Positions 47,086-56,636 of a stretch of 64,000 nucleotides of DNA are shown here, piece by piece. The translations under genes and the position numbers were made by a program. Location of the stretch: positions 243,882-307,881 of the forward strand of contig CAZOZN010000001.1 in assembly GCA_964584335.1 (NCBI GenBank), given 5' to 3'. Under the pieces are notes generated by a model. The model searched no databases. It was not told where the DNA came from and saw only the letters and a program-made list of their open reading frames with translations. Origin of the DNA: an uncultured archaeon (GTDB lineage: Archaea > Aenigmatarchaeota > Aenigmatarchaeia > PWEA01 > JAGHBM01). Positions within the stretch are counted from its first letter, which is position 1. Each line of letters opens with the position of its first letter.

Positions 47086-48230
47086 AAGAGATAAAAATAC
47101 CTTTCGGTCCGCAACATCCGGCTTTGCCTGAGCCTGTTCACTTTAGGCTTAAAATTGATGGTGAAATAGTCAAAGGATTGGATATATCTCTGGGTTACAA
47201 TCACAGGGGGATAGAAAAGGGCTTTGAGAATAGGGACCTGTTTAAGGATATATATCTCTCTGAAAGGGTATGTGGCCTTTGTGGTCATTCGCATAGTTCT
47301 TGTTTTGTTAACGGGGTGGAAAAAATATTAGATGTGGATGTTCCTGAAAGAGCTCAATACATAAGGACTCTTATATTTGAATTGTCAAGAATACATTCTC
47401 ATTATCTTTACGCGGCAATGTGCGCATACGAGCTTGGTTACGATACAGTATTTCAGATTATGTTTAGGGACAGGGAAAGTGTAATGGAGATTTTGGAAGA
47501 GCTTACAGGAAACCGCGTTCATTATGTGATAAATACATTTGGAGGAGTTAGAAGAGATTTCAAGATGAATTCAGGGATAAGGGAAAGACTGGAATATCTA
47601 AAAAAGAGAACCAAGGAAAGCATGAAATACTTTAACAGAGAAAGCTCAATGGTCAGGAGAACAAGAAACAGAGGTATTTTGTCACATGAAAATGCAATTG
47701 ACTTGGGGGTTGTAGGTCCTAACGCAAGAGCTTCTGGTATACCTATGGACATAAGAAAAGACGATCCTTATTTCTGCTACGATGAATTGAAATTTAAGAC
47801 AATAACATCAAACATGGGTGACATATTGTCAAGAATAAACTTAAGGCTTTACGAAATAATTGAGAGTTTAAAATTGATTGACCAAATTATAGAGAAAATA
47901 CCTAAGGGTAAAATAAAGGTTCCTGTTAATCTTAGTAAAATAAAAAAAGAAGAATTTTTCAGCAGAGTAGAAGCTCCGAGGGGAGAGCTTGCCTATTATA
48001 TAAGAACTTCCGACAAGGCGAACCCAGAGAGAGTTAAAATAAGAACACCCACATATGCTACGCTTAATGCCTTGCCTGTTCTTTTAAAGGGATTGAAACT
48101 TGCAGATGTTTCGATAGCAATAATGTCTATAGACCCTTGCATGTCATGTACAGATAGAATGACTTTGTTGGATGTTAAGACTGGAAAAGAAAAAATAATC
48201 AGGGGAGAGGAGCTTAGAAATGCTATATGA
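47082..48230 (+). CDS. mbhL: Group 4 [NiFe] hydrogenase large subunit
   Basis: GPQHP, ERVCGLCGHSH (L1), EAPRGE, DPCMSCTDR (L2) plus C-terminal extension. Confidence 0.95.
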   Translation: MKEIKIPFGPQHPALPEPVHFRLKIDGEIVKGLDISLGYNHRGIEKGFENRDLFKDIYLSERVCGLCGHSHSSCFVNGVEKILDVDVPERAQYIRTLIFELSRIHSHYLYAAMCAYELGYDTVFQIMFRDRESVMEILEELTGNRVHYVINTFGGVRRDFKMNSGIRERLEYLKKRTKESMKYFNRESSMVRRTRNRGILSHENAIDLGVVGPNARASGIPMDIRKDDPYFCYDELKFKTITSNMGDILSRINLRLYEIIESLKLIDQIIEKIPKGKIKVPVNLSKIKKEEFFSRVEAPRGELAYYIRTSDKANPERVKIRTPTYATLNALPVLLKGLKLADVSIAIMSIDPCMSCTDRMTLLDVKTGKEKIIRGEELRNAI

Positions 48231-49080
48231 AGTTATTTTTATATTTTTAAAAATTTTAATGGCGGCAATTTTTGGACTCTTTTTTATGGGTATAATGAGA
48301 AAACTTGCCGCAAGGCTTCAGCAAAGAGTGGGACCGCCTATTTGGCAGCCTTTTCTTGACTTGATAAAACTTCTATCAAAAGAAAACATAAAGTCAAAAA
48401 GGGAAAATCCTTATCTTGCCTGGGGTCCGATAATATCTTTATCTGCATATGTTTCTATTATAATGATAATTCCCATTAGCGGTTTTCCGGATATCTACAC
48501 CAGAGGTTCTATAATTTACGTTATATATCTTTTGCTAATGGGTTTGTCTGGTTACATAATATCTGGTTTTTCCTCAGGCAGCCCATACGGAAATATAGGC
48601 GGAAGCAGGGAGATTATTCAGTCCTTTGGTTTTGAACTGCCCTTTATAATAGCTTTACTTGTGCCGGCTTTATCCACGCTTACAATAACCGAAGGTACTT
48701 TTCTTTTCTATCCTTTTGCTTTCATCGCTTTTATTATTTCAGTGCAGGGCGAATTACAGCTCCCGCCTTTTCATATACCTCATGCAGAACAGGAAATAGT
48801 TTCGGGAGTTACTACAGAAATCTCGGGCTTCAAGCTGGGTCTATTTGAACTTGCCTATGCTTTCAAGCTATTTGCTTTGTCATCCCTCGTTTCTATATTA
48901 TTTCTTGGAGGGGGTAATTTTATTTTCTTTATTTTAAAGACTTTCGGTGTCGTTATACTTCTTACTGTAATTAGAATGCTATTTGCAAGAATGACTATAG
49001 AGCAGGGACTTAAATTTATGTGGCTTGTGGCATCCCCATTGGCAATAATAGATATGGTAAAGATGATGCTGATTTTATGA
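48220..49080 (+). CDS. mbhM: NuoH-like membrane subunit
   Basis: RKLAARLQQRVGPP, PFHIPHAEQEIVSG. Confidence 0.92.
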   Translation: MLYEVIFIFLKILMAAIFGLFFMGIMRKLAARLQQRVGPPIWQPFLDLIKLLSKENIKSKRENPYLAWGPIISLSAYVSIIMIIPISGFPDIYTRGSIIYVIYLLLMGLSGYIISGFSSGSPYGNIGGSREIIQSFGFELPFIIALLVPALSTLTITEGTFLFYPFAFIAFIISVQGELQLPPFHIPHAEQEIVSGVTTEISGFKLGLFELAYAFKLFALSSLVSILFLGGGNFIFFILKTFGVVILLTVIRMLFARMTIEQGLKFMWLVASPLAIIDMVKMMLIL

Positions 49081-49883
49081 AAATTGACAAAATTGTTTTT
49101 TTGTCCATGTTATTTTTTCTTCTTTTTTTGTTTGTTTTGTTGATTTTTTCTGAAAGCGAAAAAGAAATAGGCTTTGTAGGCAGGGTCTTAGATGGTGACA
49201 CTTTTGAGCTTAACAACAGCAAGAAAGTCAGACTTATAGGAATAAACTCTCCGGAAAGGGGAGAAATTTATTATGACGAATCCAGGCGGAAACTAAAAGA
49301 TTTGATAGAGGGAAAGAAAGTTTTTATGGAGAAAGACAAGGAAGAAAAGGACAGATACGGAAGGCTTTTGCGTTATGTTTATCTTGAAGAGGAAATGGTA
49401 AATCTTTTAATGGTTGAGAATGGTTATGCGATACACTATCTCTTTGAGCCTAACACGTTTTATGGTAATTTGTTTGAAAATGCGGAAAAATCCGCCATGG
49501 AATCAGAGTCGGGTTTATGGTCTTTTGTTTCTGACGACAATTGTTCGGTTTGTTTAGTTTTGGAAGAATTTAATTGGAATGCAGACGGTAATGACTGCAA
49601 AAATCCTAACGGGGAATGGGTTTCATTTAGAAACAGGTGTGATTTTGATTGCAATATTACAGGGTGGACTGTTTCTGATAGTGGAAGAAACGAATACAAA
49701 TTTGAAGTTTTTTTGTTATCACCTGGTTCTAGTTTTGTTTTGTTTTCCGGAGAAGGAAATAATACTGATAAAGAAATTTATTGGAATAGAAAAGGCGCCT
49801 GTCCGGCTGTTTGGAATAACGATGGTGATACCTTGTTTTTGAGAGATTCTCTTGGTTATATTGCAGAGGTTATTGGTTATTAA
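49077..49883 (+). CDS. Membrane-anchored thermonuclease (SNase) plus lamin-tail domain
   Basis: VLDGDT, VRLIGINSPE, DRYGRLL; EWV...N...ITGWTVSD, VWNNDGDT. Confidence 0.9.
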   Translation: MKIDKIVFLSMLFFLLFLFVLLIFSESEKEIGFVGRVLDGDTFELNNSKKVRLIGINSPERGEIYYDESRRKLKDLIEGKKVFMEKDKEEKDRYGRLLRYVYLEEEMVNLLMVENGYAIHYLFEPNTFYGNLFENAEKSAMESESGLWSFVSDDNCSVCLVLEEFNWNADGNDCKNPNGEWVSFRNRCDFDCNITGWTVSDSGRNEYKFEVFLLSPGSSFVLFSGEGNNTDKEIYWNRKGACPAVWNNDGDTLFLRDSLGYIAEVIGY

Positions 49884-50419
49884 ATTTCTAAAAATTTTTT
49901 GACTACTTCTTCTTGCCTTACCTCTGGATGGAACATTATTCCGTATATGTTTTTTGACCTGTGTTTTATTGCTTGTATGCATTTATCTGACTCTGCCAAT
50001 ATCTCAAAATCAGTATCCTTTATAGAGTAATTATGGAGTTCGTAAACTCTCAGGTTTCCATCGAAAAGCTTGTTATGTTTTTTTGTATTTATTTCCTTGA
50101 TTCCGATTTCTTTGTTTTTTATTATCTTTGCCCCGAATACCAAACCTATAACTTGCATGCCTGCACATATGCCCAGTATGTTTTTTTCTGTTTTTCTTAA
50201 CCATTCAAATTTTTTTAAGTTTTTCATGTAATTACTGTCTTTCAGTGAGGTACCGCATAATATTATTTTTTCAAAAAATTCCAAGTCTTTCTCTTCAATC
50301 TCAGAGTAATGTTTTAATGTACATTTTCCGGTTATTTTTGATATGGGCCTCAAGAACTCGTAGCTGCTCAGAGAGTTTTTTTTGTAGCACAAATCAACCA
50401 AAAGTGTTTTTTTACTCAT
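49880..50419 (-). CDS. Class I glutamine amidotransferase (GMP synthase subunit A-like)
   Basis: ILGICAGMQ, MFHPE. Confidence 0.85.
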   Translation of the reverse strand: MSKKTLLVDLCYKKNSLSSYEFLRPISKITGKCTLKHYSEIEEKDLEFFEKIILCGTSLKDSNYMKNLKKFEWLRKTEKNILGICAGMQVIGLVFGAKIIKNKEIGIKEINTKKHNKLFDGNLRVYELHNYSIKDTDFEILAESDKCIQAIKHRSKNIYGIMFHPEVRQEEVVKKFLEI

Positions 50420-51096
50420 TTTTCCACCAGAGAAGCTTTCTTGATTTTAATTAATCCAGAATACCTTTTATATTCGCTTGAAAATTCATCTACTTTAATT
50501 TTTTTATTAAATAAAGGTGAATCGAGTACTGTTGTTTCTATTTCTCCGCCCTCACCGGAAGGGTTTATAAAATATTCTGAACTCATTTTTTCTAGCTCTA
50601 AAACGGTTCTTTTGTCTATAGTCCTGCCCAGCCATTCCGAGCCAAAGGGCTCTGCAAATACTCCTGTTATAAGAACTTCAAATCCCGAATCCACCAATTC
50701 ATTAAGTATATCAACCTGATTTTTTTGCCATAATGGATTAAAACACCAGATGTCAAGTTCGTTACATATTTTTTGTATCCTTGTTGCCTGATACACAGAT
50801 TCTATCGCTCCGGTAACTACCCCCTCTATTTCATACTCCTCTATTGCATTTTTTATTACTTTTTTTAAATCCTCTAACTCCTTTTCCTTTTCACCCTTGG
50901 TTTTTATTTTAATTATTGGAATTTTCATTGCCTCAGACTGAAATTCGGTAATAGAAATATTTGGAGTATGAAACATGAAGCTCTCCTTGTTTTCAGAAAT
51001 AACCGTAATTAAACACGATACCTCTTCTTTTTGCATCGCTTTGTAAAGTGCCAAACAGGAATCTTTTCCTCCTGAAAATAAAACGCCCAGTTTCAT
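50416..51096 (-). CDS. dph6: Diphthine-ammonia ligase family ATP pyrophosphatase
   Basis: LFSGGKDS, SFMFH, GEGGEIET. Confidence 0.9.
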   Translation of the reverse strand: MKLGVLFSGGKDSCLALYKAMQKEEVSCLITVISENKESFMFHTPNISITEFQSEAMKIPIIKIKTKGEKEKELEDLKKVIKNAIEEYEIEGVVTGAIESVYQATRIQKICNELDIWCFNPLWQKNQVDILNELVDSGFEVLITGVFAEPFGSEWLGRTIDKRTVLELEKMSSEYFINPSGEGGEIETTVLDSPLFNKKIKVDEFSSEYKRYSGLIKIKKASLVEK

Positions 51097-51137
51097 AAAA
51101 ATTCATAACATTAGATATTATAAAAATATAATAAAGG

Positions 51138-51626
51138 TCAGTTTTCTATTATTTTGTAATCTATTAAGAGCTTTAGGCCTTTTTTTCTTTCTTTTGTTTC
51201 TTTTTCTTCAATACCTTCCGGTACATGCTCGGGTACTTTTTCAAATTTGCTGAATTTTTCTATTATACTGTTCAAGTCTCTTGAGGGGCGGCAGTTCCTT
51301 AGCTTAACTTTCTTGAATCTCCCCGCGTAATTTAATGTAACCCTCTCTTCAAGGCCGTTTGATATATGTTCATGATAAAAATCTCTGAGTTCTATGAATT
51401 CGGAATTTAATATCTTTTCTACAAAGGTATATATTTTTTCCGGCAGTATCTTGTACCTTTTGATTATTTTTCCGTTCTGATGCTTTCTCGTTTTTGTGTC
51501 AAGACCTATTCCAACCACTTCCACATTACCATCCTTAAAAATCCTTATCTTTCTCCCCGTCCATGGGGTTGTTGTTTTGAACATATACTCTATTAAGGGG
51601 TTGTGTTCTCTGTATCCTTTGTCCAT
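51138..51626 (-). CDS. Hypothetical protein
   Basis: 162-aa ORF. Confidence 0.6.
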   Translation of the reverse strand: MDKGYREHNPLIEYMFKTTTPWTGRKIRIFKDGNVEVVGIGLDTKTRKHQNGKIIKRYKILPEKIYTFVEKILNSEFIELRDFYHEHISNGLEERVTLNYAGRFKKVKLRNCRPSRDLNSIIEKFSKFEKVPEHVPEGIEEKETKERKKGLKLLIDYKIIEN

Positions 51627-51692
51627 TCAATGCACCAATTATAATGAAGGACGAAAACTATTTAAGTATTAACTACCTAAAAGAGACAACAT

Positions 51693-52727
51693 TTATGGCA
51701 CTATTTCTATAGAATTGTTGTATTTGGGATAGATAAAATCATCCTTTTTTACTATATTTTTCTCTATAAGCTTGTTTATTTCATTTTTCCTGTCAAGCAA
51801 AGTATCTATAGTATGTTTGGTTATTTCACAAACCTTTTCAAAACCCTCTTCTCCCCAGTAACGTTCCTTGTAAGAATAAAGACACCTTCCGCCGCACCAT
51901 TTTAAATAGGGACAGGATGTACATGGCTCATTTATACCGCACTTAGTTTCAAAATGATTGATATTACCCAGAACAGACCATTTTTCACGAACGGCGATAG
52001 GGCAAGATATAACTTTTCCGTTTGGCAGTATAGAGACCGAGTTTACTCCCGCCTCGCATGGAGGTTTCATGTTACTCATTCCATGCTCTACTCGTAGTAT
52101 GCCCTGAAATGGTGCAATACCAAGAACAAAACTTTCTTTCATTTCTTCTATCCACAAATCGGTGAGCTTTTCTATACCCTTCTTGTATCTTATTGACCAT
52201 TCATCGAAATTATCCCATCTGTCGCTCCACATAACATCAAGCTGCCAATGAACATGGTCAAATTTATTTACAAGGTGCTTGACGTCTCTGTATATATCAC
52301 CTCTTTCTGAATGAGCCATTCTTGCTACTATGTCATTTACCTTTCCTTCAAGAAACTTTCTTGATTCCATAACCTTTTTGTAGGTGCCGCCACCCCTGTA
52401 GTAATCAGTCACTTCTTCTGTACCGTCCACAGAAAGAAGTACAGTATCCATTTTTTTCCAGTATTTTTCATCTAGATTCCGGGTAAGTGTTCCGTTAGTT
52501 TGTATAACGTAGGTAGCAGGTACAAAGTCTATTACATTTTTTATGAAATCTACGTTTAGAAGAGGCTCTCCACCATAAAAACATATAACATCCTCTGGTT
52601 TTATTATGTCTCTTAGCCTTTTTACATCGTAGGAAACTTCCCAAGGTACATATTCTCTTTCGAAGCTCCCGCCGCAATACCTGCAATTAAGGTTGCATCT
52701 TCCTGTTGTGTGCAGTATGAATAGCAT
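51693..52727 (-). CDS. Radical SAM/SPASM protein (archaeal AF0577/TIGR04084-like)
   Basis: CNLNCRYC, YGGEPL, CEAG, CPI, CxxCxxxxxCGGRC, YNNSIEIVP. Confidence 0.85.
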   Translation of the reverse strand: MLFILHTTGRCNLNCRYCGGSFEREYVPWEVSYDVKRLRDIIKPEDVICFYGGEPLLNVDFIKNVIDFVPATYVIQTNGTLTRNLDEKYWKKMDTVLLSVDGTEEVTDYYRGGGTYKKVMESRKFLEGKVNDIVARMAHSERGDIYRDVKHLVNKFDHVHWQLDVMWSDRWDNFDEWSIRYKKGIEKLTDLWIEEMKESFVLGIAPFQGILRVEHGMSNMKPPCEAGVNSVSILPNGKVISCPIAVREKWSVLGNINHFETKCGINEPCTSCPYLKWCGGRCLYSYKERYWGEEGFEKVCEITKHTIDTLLDRKNEINKLIEKNIVKKDDFIYPKYNNSIEIVP

Positions 52728-52760
52728 GCTAATTTTTCGAATTTTATGTTTATTAGCTTT

Positions 52761-52811
52761 TGTTCGTTCATGTTCGCTACTGTTCAGTACAGGTTTTATA
52801 TGTTGTTCATG
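52761..52811 (+). promoter_or_regulatory. TGTTC direct repeats with 10-bp periodicity around TATA box
   Basis: TGTTC at 52761, 52771, 52781 and 52804; TTTTATAT between. Confidence 0.5.
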
Positions 52812-52838
52812 TGCTGGGATAAAGCGAGGTGATAAAAA

Positions 52839-53492
52839 ATGAATACAAAATATATCCTCCCTGCAATGCTTTTGGGAGTATTGCTTTTTGGAGGAATAGC
52901 AACAGTTAATGCAACAGCCAACTTGGCTGAAATACCAACATTTAGTGAAACAAGAAGAATAATAGAAACAGGCTCTTTGATTGAGAAAGAAGAGTTTAAA
53001 ATAGAAGAAAATGAGATACCTTCGTCTTACGAGGAAACAAAGAAGCTCATGAGATACTCCATTGAGAATGATGAATTGATTATAACTCCGGATTCATCTT
53101 CATCAGAAGAAGTGACAAAAATAGACGGATATAGAGGTACAAGGAGGTTCTTGATGTATACCCAGGACGGAAGAAATATACTATGGGGGACTTTAAGAAA
53201 CGGTTACTTCCTTGCTCAGGACAATGAAGGTAACGATGCTTGGGGAGTATATCAAGGAGGAAAATTTGTCGGTTTTTACGAAGAGGAAGAAGATTCGGTC
53301 TTTTATTTCCATGGATATTACAGGAAAGGTTACTGGAAAGCTCAAAATCTTTTCGGTGAAGAATCTTCGTACGGGAAATATGTTATTTTCCCAAATTCAA
53401 ATATCAGACATTGGAAAATAAGACCAAATCCTGTAAGACCGTTATATTACCCTGGTCCAATGGAGGAAACAATAGAAAAAGAGGTAATATGA
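52839..53492 (+). CDS. Secreted hypothetical protein
   Basis: Signal peptide; GAGGTGA RBS; Gly/aromatic beta-rich region. Confidence 0.75.
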   Translation: MNTKYILPAMLLGVLLFGGIATVNATANLAEIPTFSETRRIIETGSLIEKEEFKIEENEIPSSYEETKKLMRYSIENDELIITPDSSSSEEVTKIDGYRGTRRFLMYTQDGRNILWGTLRNGYFLAQDNEGNDAWGVYQGGKFVGFYEEEEDSVFYFHGYYRKGYWKAQNLFGEESSYGKYVIFPNSNIRHWKIRPNPVRPLYYPGPMEETIEKEVI

Positions 53493-53504
53493 AATCAATA
53501 AATG

Positions 53505-53521
53505 CCCCTGCATGGCAGGGG
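53505..53521. terminator. GC hairpin CCCCTGC-ATG-GCAGGGG
   Basis: Perfect 7-bp stem just after stop codon. Confidence 0.5.
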
Positions 53522-53556
53522 TAACCATATATAAACAAAGGAGAAATATTAAAATT

Positions 53557-54399
53557 ATGAAATTGTGGTTTTTATTCCCCCTTGTATTATTTTTTTGTAT
53601 TTTTTCATCTCAGGCCGAAGCTGATATTGAAAGCGTAGATTATCTTGCAATAATAGAAGATAATGGAAATGTTATAGTTACTGTAAATATAGAAGGAGAA
53701 GGTGTTGTTAATTTGCCTATACAAAAAGATGCAGAAGAGATAAACGTGGAGGGAGGACTCTACATAATAGAAGAAGATGAAATTGAAGTTTCCATAGGGG
53801 AGACTGGAGAAGCTTTTGTACTGTACTCTACATCTATGCTTACAAAAAAGAACGGAAGAAACTGGGAATTTGACATGAAATTGCCTCAGAAATATTCGGT
53901 CGGATGTGCAGTTGCAATGCCAAAAGATACCAATCTCGAGGAAACAATACCAAATGCCGTAATAGAGTCAGGAGAAATAATGAAGCTTCACTGGAACAAT
54001 GAAACGGATGAGATATACGTAAAATATTATTTTGATAAAGAAATAATTGAAGAGGAAATAAAAGGGGCAAACATAGTAATTTATTTGGCAGTCATTTTTT
54101 GCGCTATTTTAGCTCTTTCAGGAGGCGTAATAATATTTTCAAAAAGAAGAGAAATAAAGAAACTTGACAAGAAAAAAAACATAATAAAAACTTTACCCCC
54201 AAATGAGACAAAGATAGTTGAACTTTTAATGGAAAATGATGGTGAAATGAAGAGAAGTATAGCAGAGAGAAAATTAGAGATAGCTAAGTCAAGTCTTGCT
54301 GTTTCACTGAAAAATCTTGAAAGAAAAAATATAATAAAGGTTGACAGAACTTCAGCAAGCCATTACCTTAGGTTTACGAGTTGGTTTAATGAGCTTTAA
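53557..54399 (+). CDS. Membrane-anchored transcriptional regulator (extracellular domain, TM, C-terminal wHTH)
   Basis: Signal peptide, TM, LPPNETKIVELL...IAKSSLAVSLKNLERKNII. Confidence 0.8.
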   Translation: MKLWFLFPLVLFFCIFSSQAEADIESVDYLAIIEDNGNVIVTVNIEGEGVVNLPIQKDAEEINVEGGLYIIEEDEIEVSIGETGEAFVLYSTSMLTKKNGRNWEFDMKLPQKYSVGCAVAMPKDTNLEETIPNAVIESGEIMKLHWNNETDEIYVKYYFDKEIIEEEIKGANIVIYLAVIFCAILALSGGVIIFSKRREIKKLDKKKNIIKTLPPNETKIVELLMENDGEMKRSIAERKLEIAKSSLAVSLKNLERKNIIKVDRTSASHYLRFTSWFNEL

Positions 54400-55027
54400 T
54401 AAAAAAATAACTTTTGCATTTGTTTTGTTAGCCATCTTTATATTTGCCTCTTCTAATGTATTGGCAGGTTGCGGGTGTTCAAATATTAGTCAGAGCATTA
54501 GACTACCTTCAAATACTTTAAGAGATTTTCAGGATATAGAAAAAAAGCCGGTATCTACAGATTCCGAGAAAAGGGAATTTTACAACAAAGTTTTTAACAT
54601 AAAAAGTGACACGAAAGCAAAAATATCAACAGTTGATAGTATTATCAGAAGAGGAAAAGAGGACCCGGAAAACTTCTTTGCAATAATGACTATAACAAGA
54701 GACATGGTTGAAGAAGATTATAGAAGTGATGTTGCAGAAATTTTAATCGATATGAATAATACTTTTGTAAAGAAGTTTTATCTTAAGGCAATGGAAAGTG
54801 AAAAACAAAAATACGAGATTAAAGAACAGATAATCAATTATGTTAAGCTAGTTTCGTCTGAACAGGAAACAGAAATAAGTTTAGGGCCGGAGACAGAAAA
54901 AAACCAGACAACCCCGGGAGAAAATAAAATAGAGATAAAAAGAGATATATCTGAAGAAAGTATAAAGTCCCTTTTTAATAATGAGATAAGCAGAAAAGAA
55001 TTTATCAACATCATATTCAATAAATAA
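54389..55027 (+). CDS. Secreted hypothetical protein
   Basis: Signal peptide ending AGCGC. Confidence 0.65.
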   Translation: MSFNKKITFAFVLLAIFIFASSNVLAGCGCSNISQSIRLPSNTLRDFQDIEKKPVSTDSEKREFYNKVFNIKSDTKAKISTVDSIIRRGKEDPENFFAIMTITRDMVEEDYRSDVAEILIDMNNTFVKKFYLKAMESEKQKYEIKEQIINYVKLVSSEQETEISLGPETEKNQTTPGENKIEIKRDISEESIKSLFNNEISRKEFINIIFNK

Positions 55028-55078
55028 GCTTTTTAATTGATTCAATTCATTAATTAACTTGATAAAGGAGGTGTTTTT

Positions 55079-55312
55079 TTGGTTAAGGTAAAGGTTTATA
55101 GTGTACCTACTTGTCCTTACTGTAAGAAGATAAAGGAGTTTCTTAATAATGAAGGTATTGAATTTGAAGATATAGATGTTTCTGAGGAAGAAAATAAAAA
55201 AGAGATGCTAGATAAAACAGGACAATTGAGAGTGCCACAGACAGAAATTAACGGAAATATGATAATTGGTTATAAAATGGAAAAAATAAAAGAGGAGTTA
55301 AAAAATGTATGA
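55079..55312 (+). CDS. Glutaredoxin-like (NrdH)
   Basis: CPYC, VPQTEING. Confidence 0.92.
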   Translation: MVKVKVYSVPTCPYCKKIKEFLNNEGIEFEDIDVSEEENKKEMLDKTGQLRVPQTEINGNMIIGYKMEKIKEELKNV

Positions 55313-56213
55313 TATAATAATTATTGGAGCAGGAATTTCGGGACAAACTGCAGCAATATATGCATCAAGAAAAAAAATGAACTATCTATTCATAACCAAA
55401 GAAATCGGCGGACAGTTCCTTGAGTCCGGGGAAGTTGTAAATTATCCCGGAATAATAAAAACTACCGGCGAGGAATTTGCATCTGTTATGGAAGAGCAGC
55501 TTGAATTTAATGATGTGAGTGTTAATGAAAACGAGGAGGTAAAGTCAATAGAGAAAAAGGAAAAGGGGTTTAAAGTTACTACAGACAAAAATTCCTACGA
55601 ATCTTATACGGTTCTGATAGCAACAGGAGCCAGGCACAGGATGCTTAAGGTACCGGGAGAAGAAAGGCTAAAGAACAAAGGAGTTACCTACTGTGCTGTG
55701 TGTGACGGTCCCTTGTTTTCCGGAAAGAATATTGCAATCATAGGCGGTGGAGATTCTGCACTTGAAGCTGCTGATTTCACAAAAAGTATTGCAAATAAAA
55801 TATACCTTATAAATAGAAACAAAGACTTTAGTGCGCACGAATATTTGGTTGAAAGAGTAAAATCAATGGACAACTTGGAGATAATAGAAGAGTCAAATAC
55901 AGTTGAAATTTTAGGAGAAGAAATGGTTAAAGGTCTTGTTTACGAGAAGAATGGTGAAAAAAAGGAACTGGATGTGAATGGTATTATAATAGAGATTGGA
56001 AGAGTTCCTAATACCAATTTTGTAAAAGGACTTGTAGAGCTCGACAAACATGGCCATATAATAATTGACTGTCAGACAGGAACCTCAGTCGAGGGTATAT
56101 TCGCGGCAGGTGATTGTGCTTCCGGTCACGAATACCAGTATTGTATAGCCGCGGGGCAGGGTTGTATGGCTCTTCTTAAGGCAGCAAGATATATAGCAAA
56201 AAGAAATCTTTAG
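55305..56213 (+). CDS. trxB: Thioredoxin reductase family
   Basis: GAGISG, ATGA, CAVCDG, GGGDSA, FAAGD. Confidence 0.92.
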   Translation: MYDIIIIGAGISGQTAAIYASRKKMNYLFITKEIGGQFLESGEVVNYPGIIKTTGEEFASVMEEQLEFNDVSVNENEEVKSIEKKEKGFKVTTDKNSYESYTVLIATGARHRMLKVPGEERLKNKGVTYCAVCDGPLFSGKNIAIIGGGDSALEAADFTKSIANKIYLINRNKDFSAHEYLVERVKSMDNLEIIEESNTVEILGEEMVKGLVYEKNGEKKELDVNGIIIEIGRVPNTNFVKGLVELDKHGHIIIDCQTGTSVEGIFAAGDCASGHEYQYCIAAGQGCMALLKAARYIAKRNL

Positions 56214-56225
56214 TTGGTGGATAAA

Positions 56226-56372
56226 ATGGTTCAAAAAAAGTTTTGGAGATGTAATGTTTGTGGTGATATACACTACGGTGTTTCAGGCCCGGAGATTTGT
56301 CCCACATGCAATTTCAAGAACTCTTACGTAGAGATAGATAAAAACGAGGCAAAGAGTGTGATGAATTTATGA
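56226..56372 (+). CDS. Rubredoxin-like small protein (absent from ORF track)
   Basis: MVQKKFWRCNVCGDIHYGVSGPEICPTC. Confidence 0.8.
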   Translation: MVQKKFWRCNVCGDIHYGVSGPEICPTCNFKNSYVEIDKNEAKSVMNL

Positions 56373-56635
56373 AAAAAGAATATTTGATAAAAGTCTGGGA
56401 AAACTTTACAAAAAACAATGATTTTAAGCTAAATACTGACACAAATCATGTAGAAGATTTGGCCTCGGGTGTTTTAGAGAACGAAAAAAAATTCGGTCTA
56501 AAGCTCTGTCCATGCAGACTAAGAGACGGAACCAGGGAAAGAGACTTGGAGCTTCTCTGTCCATGCAATTTCAAATCACAGGAAACATGGAAAGAGGAAG
56601 GAAGGTGCTGGTGCGGGCTTTTTGTAAAAGAATGA
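56369..56635 (+). CDS. Ferredoxin-thioredoxin reductase catalytic subunit
   Basis: CPCR, CPC, CWCGLF. Confidence 0.9.
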   Translation: MKKEYLIKVWENFTKNNDFKLNTDTNHVEDLASGVLENEKKFGLKLCPCRLRDGTRERDLELLCPCNFKSQETWKEEGRCWCGLFVKE

Positions 56636-56636
56636 T

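Noticed and set aside
47082-48230. Mbs/Mbx or complex I NuoD instead of a hydrogenase
   Set aside because: All four Ni-ligating cysteines are present (CGLC, CMSC)
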